Origin: Atractiella rhizophila
Taxonomy: Eukaryota
Assembly (NCBI GenBank): GCA_021432655.1
Contig: MU271218.1
Coordinates: 90,335-146,918 of the forward strand
Reading direction: 5' to 3'
Length of the DNA stretch: 56,584 bases
Shown here: one piece after another, positions 25,021 to 34,391 of the stretch
How positions within the stretch are numbered: position 1 is the first letter of the stretch
Layout of the letters: the number at the start of each line of letters is the position of its first letter
Position numbers and translations under genes: made by a program
The notes under the pieces: generated by a model
The model's database searches: none
What the model was told of the DNA's origin: nothing
Seen by the model: the letters and a program-made list of their open reading frames with translations, nothing else

Positions 25021-25413
25021 AGACATTTCTACGGCCGTACACGCCGTATCCACAATAGCGCACTAAATGGCCGTCAGTCCGCGTTCTCCTGATGACGACG
25101 GAAGCGTAAGATAGCAACAGCTGTTCTCATCAGCGGTCCATCCTTCGAACATGCCCTTAGATAGTACAGGTACACCATGCACCTGAAGATATAGCATGAG
25201 ATGATGAAACGAAGTCTAAGAGGAACAGGTACATTTCAATACTCCACAAAGCAATGTTTGTCCTGTCAATGCTCAGGGACTTTAATGCCATCACGCAAAT
25301 CTCTCTCACCAGGTCCCGATCACTTTCAGACGAATCAGAATGCAGTTTATGCGACGCTGAATCTGCGACCTACCAATGGGGATGACCACAGTTCGAACAG
25401 CTTCAGAGGGCAT
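25021..25413 (-). pseudogene. 5' fragment of a DUF6534-like membrane protein gene, truncated by the Plavaka element
   Basis: ATG at 25413 (MPSEAVRTVVIPI); same exon/intron layout as 35645-36035; ends abruptly after VDTACTAVEMS at 25021. Confidence 0.87.
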
Positions 25414-25766
25414 ATCGAAAGCAGCTAGAAAGAAGGTACGTTCCAGCTTGGAAAGAGAGAAACAGTATTCGACTCTTTCTTCTCCTCCTCCTTGTAAAAT
25501 TGGTTACTGAGAGGTATTGTCGCTGTCCCAAATCGTACAAGACTAAATCAAAGTCTTCTTTTGTCGCTCTTCTTGGGACGCGATAAAATGGGGAGCTTGC
25601 GTATGGCTCTTCAGCGTTGTCGCTGATGTTCGAAGGTCTGCTTCTTGATCTGCAGGATTTAGCGCTGGATGTAGCGGGTTAGGTAGATTCTCTGCAGACC
25701 TCGTGAAAGATTAGTTGACAATGGAATGCTTTTGAGGTGCAGATGTTCCCAAAGACTAGTTTCAAG

Positions 25767-25787
25767 CTCTGAGAACAGAACCCACAC
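25767..25787 (-). promoter_or_regulatory. Conserved upstream motif GTGGGT-N4-5-GTTCTCAGAG of the DUF6534 paralogs
   Basis: The same motif lies ~350-390 bp upstream of the ATG in four paralogs (also 36405-36424, 45928-45950, 49298-49320). Confidence 0.5.
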
Positions 25788-26553
25788 ATTTCGCGGGGTT
25801 CTTTGAATTTGTGCATATTTGTATGCAAACCGAGTTGAATGGAGTGAAGACGGGAAGAAGGAAGGCTGATTATCGGATTCGAAATTTGAGTGCAACGATT
25901 CAGTACAAAACCAGTTTCATTGATCAGTCTGGTCATTTCGATGCAGGTTATGAGGGGGTGAATGCCGGTTGTGACGACGTGGACAGAAGTTCGTGGTGTC
26001 CACTGGCACTGTTCGAGAGTGACAATGTAAGCCTGCCTACGCCAGTGGTTTCCGCAGTCAAAAGATAATGAGCGAAATAATTGGTAGTGGCGCAAGCACC
26101 AGTCGCCCACCTGAACTATTTATGCAGAATCTGCAGGGGAGACGGTTTATGCATGCTGATTGTGTGGGAAAGCAGCTCAGTCGCTGAGGACAGAGCTCTT
26201 AAGCCGTTCGTAGAAAGGATGACGCTCCGCTCTCTGTCAAGCAGCAAAGCACGGGCTCAGGCACGACTCCCTTGCACTCAAACTAGGCATATCTAAGAGC
26301 AACTAAGCCTGCCACTCACGTTTGTTTTTAGTTGTCGGCTGCTTGAGCTACTAAGTGAGCGACCGCTTGAGAGCAGAGTGTCAGTCTTTGCAAGCGTACC
26401 TGTGAAATGATAACGGGAAAGGTATTTAGACAAGTGTTTCTGTCAGAACACTGCTGCTAGTTTGACTTTTTACCTTGCTGTTTTTCTAGAAATCAGCTAG
26501 CTAAAGTGGTAGGTTAGGGAAAGAATGAAGGAAACTAGGGAATAACTGTTATA

Positions 26554-26880
26554 CACTGTAAGACTGCACTGGCTGAGTTCCGAAATCCAGCCGGGAGAGC
26601 ACTGAAAATTCAGCACTTGAGGCTGAATTTTCAGTCTCGATGCAAGTTTGAGGCCTGAAGCTGAAGCTTGAAGTTCAGCATTTGCATGCTGAATTTTTCA
26701 CTCATGTAAGTTGAATCCTGTTCTCACTCGACTCCGTCATTCTATGGCTGAATATTTCAACCTTACAAGGCTTAAATGATGTTGTAAATATAATCAGCAG
26801 ACACAATGCTAAATAAAATATTCTCTGCCTGCAAACTGTTGTTACTGAACGTTCAGCAGTTCCAATACTGCTGAATAGCT
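26554..26880 (+). mobile_element. Probable DNA-transposon end: CACTG terminus plus subterminal GCTGAA/TTCAGC inverted repeats
   Basis: CACTGTAAG at 26554; perfect 14-bp inverted repeat ACTGAAAATTCAGC (26601-26614) / GCTGAATTTTCAGT (26622-26635); further TTCAGCA...TGCTGAA pairs at ~26674-26693 and ~26852-26876. Confidence 0.5.
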
Positions 26881-28262
26881 CATCCTCTACATACTAAGCA
26901 CTTCGTAGTTCGCTTAATCTGCTGCTACGAGTATATAGCCCTTAACAGCTTAGCGTGTACAACACAAGCTAAAGAATAAAATACCATACAATATGATGAA
27001 TCGTCGACGTGATAGAAATAGAGAACAATATGCGATTCAATATACTAGGAATGAAGAGGCTTTCTTGTATCAACCCAGAGTCCACTGCTGGATTTCCTTT
27101 TTCAGGAGACAGTAGAAAACACACCTAAATGACATATGAGAATCGGTAGAACACCATGGGACATACAACTTCACGGCCGTCACCATCTCTCGCTCTCCGG
27201 CACTGTAACCCTCACTTACGATCCCTTCTCTGGTGCTCTCTCATCGTCGGCAACCTCCTTTCGGCGCTCCCGTCCGCTCTCTTCCTCCGTCCAGCCTCCA
27301 TGCCTAACCCGAACTTCCTTCGGCCACTCTTGAGCCATACGCACACGTCTCCATCTCGTCCTCGTGCTCTGTGTATTCGATTTCCGAAGTCTACTGTAGG
27401 GTGGATGACGGAAAGGTAGGTGGGGGATGGAAGGGAGAGCGAGAGAGCGAGAGAGCTCTGGGAGGACGAACTGACGTTCCTCTCTCTCCTTAGTGATTCG
27501 GCCTCTGTTTCGCAAGCGGTTCTCAATTGACAAACGAGAATGGGCGACAGAGCCGGGAAGACGTTTATGGACGGAGAGAGTGGAAGGACAGCCTAGTTAG
27601 GGGTTCTTGCGACGTCAGCCTTCGTTCCCCAACCATTCCTGATCTATGCTCCTCTTTCGCATCCTGACCTTGCCCGTGCAGTGGGTTGATTGGGTAGTTA
27701 AAGGGTTTTCGATGGCGAACGGCGTCAGGTGGCAGGTGGAGGGCAGGATGGATAGCAAGGGGACAGGCGACAGAGACCGGCTTGTGGAGGCTCTCCGATG
27801 TCCTCCCTCCTCTCTGTCTTTTCCGCCCGTTCCTCTTCCACAATACGACGGGACGGAGGAGAGAGCGAGCAAGGGTTTCACTCAAACGAAAAGAGAAGGC
27901 GAGAAAAGTGGGGGGAGTAGTGGTCGGAAACTAACACACATACACGCCTCGTAAAGCATTACTGGAAGCAAAGCAAGGCTAAAGAAGGTGGAATGGGGAT
28001 CCTGAAGTAGTAAACAAAAAGTAGTTACAGTATTGCCACAAAGGATTTAGAACGAGTGACCGCTTCAGTTAAGAGATCCTAACGACGCGGGATGAGGAAT
28101 ATTAGGTCATGCTCTGCTGGAGAAGGAGAGCGGGAGGATAGTTGACGAAAGACGAAAGACTTCTAACTCCTATTAATCGAGATATTACTATAAGCTAAAC
28201 AGTAGTACACAACATGAAACTACTAGTCGATAGCTTTGATAATTCAGTGTCTGAACGAGTAG

Positions 28263-29196
28263 TCAGGATGTGAAGGGAGTTTGGTTTGGGGCATTAGATG
28301 CTTGGGGATGCGAGACCTGAGAAGCGTTCAGATCTCTGGATAAATCTCTGCCTCCAGTAAAATCACCGCCAGTGCAGCCAGTGTGGGAGATTTTGACAGG
28401 AAAATCCTTCTCTTCTTCACCCCATTGCTCCTCACTTGAATGTTCCTGCTCCTTGATGAGAAATGAAGGAACCCGAACAAGAGAACACTGACCCTTTTGA
28501 TCTGAACTGTCGTCTCATGCTGCACCGAAATGGCATCCATGAACATACTGGGTGTGATTTCGTTGGAATTAGGAAGAGCAAATTCAGAATCTGTAGTCGT
28601 ACGGCCAGGAGTACCAAGGGATTTCCTGATCAAGAGATTTATAAGGAGAGTGATCGTGTAGATACAACCGATATAAAAGGCAATGCCCGATGAGGCATTA
28701 CTGTAGAAACCGTCAGACACAGTGGCTAGATGGCAAAGGGTTCTATACCTTGTATTGTTGTGCAGGTAGGTTATCAATGCACAAGTAGTAATCTGGAGAG
28801 CGATGTCAATCCCAAACGATCTAGAGGGCGACTGCATCCTACCAAGGCAGTCGGGGTACCACTCTCGATTGCAAGTATGCATAATGTTGAGAGCAATTTT
28901 TTAGTCTCTATAAATCGGCAGGTCAGTTTCAGCTAAACGTGAGCATGAACTCACGCTGAAGTAGAGGCTTAGATCGATAAAGCAAGAGATGAACAATCAA
29001 AGTGGTAGCAATGGCAACATCTAAGTCGAACATTAGAACATATGCAAGTCGACTCGTGCAACTTACCACAGACAGCATGTGTGGCCACAGACAGACTGAC
29101 TGATGCTGTAAGCCTGTGTCGTTCTGAATATTCCTTGTGTGTGACTAGCATCACTGAGAGAAGTACACCACATCCGAAGGAAACAAGAGCAAGAAT
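28263..29196 (-). pseudogene. 3' half of a DUF6534-like membrane gene (934-bp near-identical copy of 34392-35325), fused in-frame to copia pol
   Basis: 934 bp, no indels, about 27 substitutions (manual count) versus 34392-35325. Introns and the stop codon (TPFTS*, 28263-28265) are retained; the 5' half is replaced by the retroelement. Confidence 0.9.
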
Positions 29197-32100
29197 AGGC
29201 TTGCTTTGCGCATGGTGAACGCCGTTTGTTGATATCTTTATTGCAGCCTGATTGTCTTCGAAGACAGTGGTTGGAGGGATCTCTTCTCCAGGAGATACGT
29301 TATGAACGCTTGCCAGGGCTCCTAGTTCTTCGTAAAGACCTCTCGTCCACAAGAGGTCTGCAGTTGCCTTTGCAGCAGCACCATATTCTGCTTCACCAGA
29401 AGAAAGGGCAACAACTGTCTGTGGTTTTGATTTGAAAGTGATGGGTGCTCCGCAGAGCATGGTGAGCCGACCTTCTTGCGACTTGAAAGAGGGAAGAAGA
29501 GAGGCAAAGGAAGCGTCGGCATATGCGTGAAGGGGTCTTCGATCGTTTCCGTTGAATAGCAAACCCTTGTTCGAGGTTGCACTGAGGTAACGGAAAATTT
29601 GTTTGACTGCTCTGAAATGATTTGGGCCTGGGTTGGCTGAGAACCGTTGGACATTCGAGAGAGCGTATGTTATATCTGGTCGTGTACAAACTGATAACCA
29701 GTTGAGGCACCCTGTGGCTTCGAGGAAAGACCAAGGAGGTTTGCTGGCAAGTTCTTCTTCAGTCCAAACCCCATCGAATGGCTCTAGTTTTACTTTTGGA
29801 TTTGCTGGCACGCTTGCGTAGCTATCTGTGAATCCAAACTTTTCAAGAATCGTTGCCGTGTAAACTCTTTGACTTAAGCTGATGGTACGCTTCTCCCAAT
29901 CCCGTTTTACTTCCATTCCAAGAAATTTTCCAACTTCACCAAGTGTTCGCATTGCGAACGAAGTCCCCAGTTCCCGTTGAAGTCTTTGGGCAACTTCTCG
30001 GTCCTTTCCTAGCAGGAGAGTGTCGTCAACGTATACGACTAAGATGTAGAGCTTGCCGTCTACGTTCTTGGTAAAAACGCAGGAATCAGACCAGAGTGGA
30101 GTCCAACCCTTTGCTTGAAGGTCTGTTTTGAGGGTGTCAAACCAGAGACGAGCTGCCTCCAACAAGCCGTACAGTCCTTTTTTTAGGAGGTATACTTTCC
30201 CTTCAGTTCCAGGTTTTTCGAGTCCAGGTGGTTGACGGATGTAGATTCGTGTTTTTGAGGTGTCTATCGGGGAGTTGAGGAAAGCAGTCTCGTAATCAGC
30301 TTGGTAGATAGATAAGTCTTCACGAGCGGCAAGGGCTACAACTGCTCGAATAGTTTCGCCGTTGCTTACTGGAGCAAAAGTTGGATCACCAGTTGGAGTC
30401 TGAAGGTCTCCTCGTACACAGATGCGTGCTTTCAGGCTTTCTAACTTTCCGTTGATATCGTATTTATGTCGGAACGCCCACATGAGTGGTGTAGCCGTTT
30501 CGCCTTCAGGAAGGTCAATAGGCTCACCCTCTATGGTCTTATTGAGGAACTGCTTCTCCCACTCGTTCCGACACGCCTCCAGCCATTCGGGACCTTCGTT
30601 GCTCTCCAATGCCTCTTTCAGACTACGGGGCTCTCGAAGTGTCCAGCCGCGATCTTGTAGGGCTCGTGTAGAGAACGTGTAATCGATGGAGTCGACGTTG
30701 ACATGCTTCGATGAAGGAATTTTGTGGCCCCACTTGCGAATCACCTCCTGTACGTCCTTCTTTGAGAGTTCGTCCACTTGAACCGCCACAGGTACACTGT
30801 CATTAGGGGTGTGCACGTCATGTAAGGCACAGGCACTTTCCTGTTGAATGGGTCTTACGTCCACCTCTACGTGCTTGGCCCCAATGCAACTGCCCAATTT
30901 CAAACTCTCAGGAGACACGGTGCTCCCTTCAACGTGCGTACTAGGAGCTAGACGGAGGATATCTCTGTATTTCGAGTCAATGACGTAGTCGTCATTGAGG
31001 ATACGCTTATTTGGGATTCTTTTTCGTGTGGAACGGCGAGGAGGTGGAGCTGTCTGAGTTGAGGTCGATGGATGGAAGGAAGGTGGCTCAGGTGGAGTGC
31101 TGGGACGTCTATGTGCGAAAGTTGGCTCCGTTGATTTGTCAGGGTAATGCTGATCATTTAGAGGAACATCACTTTCCTGAATTGCGGGTCTTACGTCCAC
31201 CCTTTCGTGTGAAGCGCCCTCGCAACTGCCCGTTCCCAAATTATCTCTCTCCTCAAGATTACTCGCCTCAAAGGAGCTTGGAATGGATGGAGATGGAGCT
31301 ATTGTTTCGATGGAGTTGGGAGCGGAAGGTGCAACTCGCACCCACGAATCGGGAAGTCCAGCATCAGAAGGTGCATCTTGAGGGAACTCATCTATATTCT
31401 TTTCTGACCAGAAAGAGTAGTCGTCCAGACGATCTGACCCAGTTCTCCCTTCGAAGTAGTTTTCAGCGAATATCACATGCCGTGCTCGAATTAGACGACG
31501 TTTCATTGGGTCCCAGCAACGATGCGATTTAAACATCACGTCAGGCCCAAGATAAATGCAGCGGACAGCCTTATTTTCCCACTTCCTCCTTCGCTCTTCC
31601 GGTATGAGCGCCCACGCCGTACAGCCAAATGTGCGTAGATAGCCAACTGAGGGTTGGATTCCTTCGAGATTTGTGAGTGGTATCTTTCCCTGTAGCGAAG
31701 AATGAGGAGTTCGATTGTAGACGTGGCCGGCAAAGTAGAGAGCTTCTGCCCAGAATGTCAGAGGAAGCCTTGCATGGTGGAGCATGGATTTTGCGAGGTT
31801 GCGGAGGGTACGATGGATGCGCTCTGCAATCCCATTTTCCTGATGACAGTAAGGAGTTGTGGTTTTCCATTCTATATTGTTGACTTCGAACCAGGATCGT
31901 AACAGACTGCTCACGAATTCTCCTCCTCCATCGACTTTCCATCTCTGCACTTTTCGTTGGGTTTTTGCATGGAGGATCGATCTGAATCGCTCAAATGAGG
32001 GAAGAACAGTTGCCTTTGACTTGTCGGGAATGAATTCCTGGTGCACCACTCTCGATCCAACATCGACGTGTACAATTGAATACCAAGCACCACCTAACGA

Positions 32101-34062
32101 AGAGACTTGCACAGGACCAGTTAAATCGGACACTACAGACTCGCCCGGAAGAGTAGGCGGGAGCTCGACGCTTTGCTTTGAAGGAAACGGACCACGATGC
32201 ATCTTTCCCATCACACATGGCTCACAAACTTCCTCAAAATCCTTTGCTTTCGCCTCTTTCACTTCCAAACCTCCAACCAGGGATTTCGAGATCAGATCTT
32301 TGATCTTCTCCATCCCGATATGCGCGAGTCTGTTGTGCCACACCTTCAGGTCGACAGCCTTTGAGGCAGTATCGATGTGAGTACTCGCCTTCGCCTTCCG
32401 TGCATCTCCCTTCAGCAGAAACAGTCCCCCTTTGTCCTCCGCCATTCCTACCAGCCCTCCCTTCCGATTAAAAATCTTGCATGCTCCATCTTCGAAAACC
32501 AGTTCGAAACGGTCGCGAGGTGGAAGAGAGAGACTGACGAGTTTGGAGACGCTTATGAGGGGGCTGGTGAGCGAAGGCAGGTGAAGAACGTTTTGAAGTA
32601 CGATGTTTGAGAGAGGTTGTCCATTTTTGTTGTGGGTAGTGTATTCCGCAGAACCTTTAGTCGTAATAGATATGCTTCTACCATCTGCCACCTCGATAGA
32701 TCCATTGTGCGGCTGACGATTGAAGATGTAGTCGAGGGGAAAGACATGAGAGGTGCAGCCCGAGTCGATGCAGGCGGCGGTTGCCACTTTGTCAAGAGAT
32801 AGATTCGCCTTGCTAACTGGCACCTCTTCAACCAGTCGTACTTGATCTCGGATGGCAAGTGAACGTATTGACTGGGCACTCGATGCAAAATCGGAGCTGA
32901 AATCGGAGACATTGAGGACAAGGTTCGCTTGGTCAGGAATGGAGGAGGTATCGATGGATGGTGACGCTACTTCTTTCCCGTTGTCTTTTCGCTTTGGATT
33001 GATCGTTCCGTCCTTGAATCGATATCCTGGGGGTGCAAGGACTCGATTTGCTTCTAGCTCCCAGCAGCGATCAGGGGCATGGGAGCGTAGGTTGCAATGA
33101 GGACACAAAGGGAAGCGATTCAATCCACTCTTTCTCCCCTTTTCTCCGACACTCCCACTGTTTCCACTCCCTCTCTGAGGTGCTATTGAACGCGAAACGA
33201 GGGCCTGTTCCTGTGCCTTCTGCACTTCACTGAGACCCTCTTCCAGCATAATCGTATTGATGGTGTTAGAGATCCATTCTGGGGTGAAGTCGATGAGAGT
33301 GGCTTGTGAGGATTTCGTTGCCTGCAGTGCCGAAAAATAGGGCTTCATCTTGTCGCGAAGTGAGTCTGGAAGTGTCGCTTGGAGGTGTGCAGAGAAAACA
33401 ATCGATTTCCAAGTCCCAGTAGTGAGCTTGTCTTCACCAACGTATTTGATGAAGTCCGTAAGATTCTTTTCGAGGACCGCCATGTGTTCTGTCCAGTGTT
33501 GAGGAGTTGTCCCACTGAAATGAGTGCGCGCGAAAGCACTCCAGGCGGTGACGGCATAGAGATGATTTGCTGCATCGTACTCTGTCTTGAGCCAATCCCA
33601 CATCTCCTTGGCCTTCTCTTGCAGGTTGTTCGCTTTGATCCTAGCTTTGATCCCATCGGAGAGTGATTCGTAGAGAAGTGCAGACGCCTGTAGATTCTTG
33701 TTCTTCCAAGCGATGGAATGTTGATCGAAGAGATAAAGGGCCGCTCCGTAACGAGATTCAATAGGCTCCTTCTCATCACCAGATGTGACAAGCCACAGTT
33801 GTTGGCTTCGCAGAGTCTCGTACGCATCTTCTTTCCACGCTCGATAGTTAGGTCCCTCAAGGATTGTAGGGATTTTTCGACTGGAAAACGAGATCGATGG
33901 AGAAGATGGCAATGGATCCATGGCGATGAGTTGGATTTCTTCTGGTTCTGGTGCAGGGCTACGTTGACGTGCGGGTGCTGTGGATGGCTCGGGGGTTGCA
34001 AGTCCGTAATCTGGTAGATTCTGAGGTAGAGATTGTTCGTCTGATCTTGGTGATCCTGACAT
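28969..34062 (-). CDS. Copia Gag-Pol polyprotein; the last ~75 aa derive from the host membrane gene
   Basis: Gag (YRAWKEDAYETLRSQQLW), zinc knuckle CPHCNLRSHAPDRC, protease CIDSGCTSH, integrase WHNRLAH..CEPC / SDLTGP / DGGGEF / ENGIAER, RT ADYETAFLN / LYGL / YVDD, RNase H YADASFA / SSGEAEY / EDNQAAI. At 29196 it switches to ILALVSFGCG... First ATG at 34062. Confidence 0.95.
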   Translation of the reverse strand: MSGSPRSDEQSLPQNLPDYGLATPEPSTAPARQRSPAPEPEEIQLIAMDPLPSSPSISFSSRKIPTILEGPNYRAWKEDAYETLRSQQLWLVTSGDEKEPIESRYGAALYLFDQHSIAWKNKNLQASALLYESLSDGIKARIKANNLQEKAKEMWDWLKTEYDAANHLYAVTAWSAFARTHFSGTTPQHWTEHMAVLEKNLTDFIKYVGEDKLTTGTWKSIVFSAHLQATLPDSLRDKMKPYFSALQATKSSQATLIDFTPEWISNTINTIMLEEGLSEVQKAQEQALVSRSIAPQRGSGNSGSVGEKGRKSGLNRFPLCPHCNLRSHAPDRCWELEANRVLAPPGYRFKDGTINPKRKDNGKEVASPSIDTSSIPDQANLVLNVSDFSSDFASSAQSIRSLAIRDQVRLVEEVPVSKANLSLDKVATAACIDSGCTSHVFPLDYIFNRQPHNGSIEVADGRSISITTKGSAEYTTHNKNGQPLSNIVLQNVLHLPSLTSPLISVSKLVSLSLPPRDRFELVFEDGACKIFNRKGGLVGMAEDKGGLFLLKGDARKAKASTHIDTASKAVDLKVWHNRLAHIGMEKIKDLISKSLVGGLEVKEAKAKDFEEVCEPCVMGKMHRGPFPSKQSVELPPTLPGESVVSDLTGPVQVSSLGGAWYSIVHVDVGSRVVHQEFIPDKSKATVLPSFERFRSILHAKTQRKVQRWKVDGGGEFVSSLLRSWFEVNNIEWKTTTPYCHQENGIAERIHRTLRNLAKSMLHHARLPLTFWAEALYFAGHVYNRTPHSSLQGKIPLTNLEGIQPSVGYLRTFGCTAWALIPEERRRKWENKAVRCIYLGPDVMFKSHRCWDPMKRRLIRARHVIFAENYFEGRTGSDRLDDYSFWSEKNIDEFPQDAPSDAGLPDSWVRVAPSAPNSIETIAPSPSIPSSFEASNLEERDNLGTGSCEGASHERVDVRPAIQESDVPLNDQHYPDKSTEPTFAHRRPSTPPEPPSFHPSTSTQTAPPPRRSTRKRIPNKRILNDDYVIDSKYRDILRLAPSTHVEGSTVSPESLKLGSCIGAKHVEVDVRPIQQESACALHDVHTPNDSVPVAVQVDELSKKDVQEVIRKWGHKIPSSKHVNVDSIDYTFSTRALQDRGWTLREPRSLKEALESNEGPEWLEACRNEWEKQFLNKTIEGEPIDLPEGETATPLMWAFRHKYDINGKLESLKARICVRGDLQTPTGDPTFAPVSNGETIRAVVALAAREDLSIYQADYETAFLNSPIDTSKTRIYIRQPPGLEKPGTEGKVYLLKKGLYGLLEAARLWFDTLKTDLQAKGWTPLWSDSCVFTKNVDGKLYILVVYVDDTLLLGKDREVAQRLQRELGTSFAMRTLGEVGKFLGMEVKRDWEKRTISLSQRVYTATILEKFGFTDSYASVPANPKVKLEPFDGVWTEEELASKPPWSFLEATGCLNWLSVCTRPDITYALSNVQRFSANPGPNHFRAVKQIFRYLSATSNKGLLFNGNDRRPLHAYADASFASLLPSFKSQEGRLTMLCGAPITFKSKPQTVVALSSGEAEYGAAAKATADLLWTRGLYEELGALASVHNVSPGEEIPPTTVFEDNQAAIKISTNGVHHAQSKPILALVSFGCGVLLSVMLVTHKEYSERHRLTASVSLSVATHAVCGKLHESTCICSNVRLRCCHCYHFDCSSLALSI

Positions 34063-34204
34063 CAAATTTCACGGATAGACGTGAGAACTTGGTGGGCTGA
34101 TTGATCGCGACGTGTCGTGTTTATTTGATGATGTATACGATTGTTGATAGAAGGGGAAGTTAAATTGGGCGGGGCGGTGAATGCTCGATCAGTAGGGATC
34201 GTTT

Positions 34205-34216
34205 GGGCTCATAACC
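34205..34216 (-). promoter_or_regulatory. Primer binding site GGTTATGAGCCC (initiator tRNA-Met half-molecule type)
   Basis: Directly abuts the LTR end on the minus strand; resembles the GGTTATGRGCCC PBS of Ty5/Drosophila copia-type elements. Confidence 0.88.
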
Positions 34217-34390
34217 TGTTGAACCTGAGGTTCATCTGAGGTTCATCAGAGTGACAGAAAGAAGAAAAGATGAACCTCAGATAGCTGAAAACAGACTAAA
34301 CTACGGGAGCGGGCGGAACTGACACCCGATGCGATAGCCAACTCGAGGGAACGAAAAGAACGTAAAGACGAAAACATAATAACTTCAACA
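34217..34390 (-). repeat. Long terminal repeat, 174 bp
   Basis: Bounded by TGTTGAA...TTCAACA inverted termini; PBS on the inner side and host gene stop codon 1 bp away on the outer side. Confidence 0.9.
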
Positions 34391-34391
34391 A

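Larger units (their letters stand above)
29197..34390 (-). mobile_element. Ty1/copia LTR retrotransposon, 5' LTR only, 3'-truncated within RNase H
   Basis: LTR 34217-34390, PBS 34205-34216, and a single gag-pol ORF in copia order PR-IN-RT-RH. No polypurine tract or second LTR follows. Confidence 0.97.

Noticed and set aside
26580..26880. CRISPR-like or regular tandem array
   Set aside because: Motifs are 6-14 bp, in both orientations and irregularly spaced; the context is eukaryotic with no cas genes.
28021..28032. TTACAGTA as the partner terminus of the CACTG end at 26554
   Set aside because: Only 7 bases match and there are no adjacent subterminal repeats or target-site duplication.
31011..34001. 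ORFs 31011-31532, 31859-32380 and 33345-34001
   Set aside because: Antisense or alternative-frame shadows of copia gag-pol.
28969..34065. 1698-aa ORF as an intact autonomous retrotransposon
   Set aside because: RNase H is cut before its last conserved motif, and there is no polypurine tract or 3' LTR.
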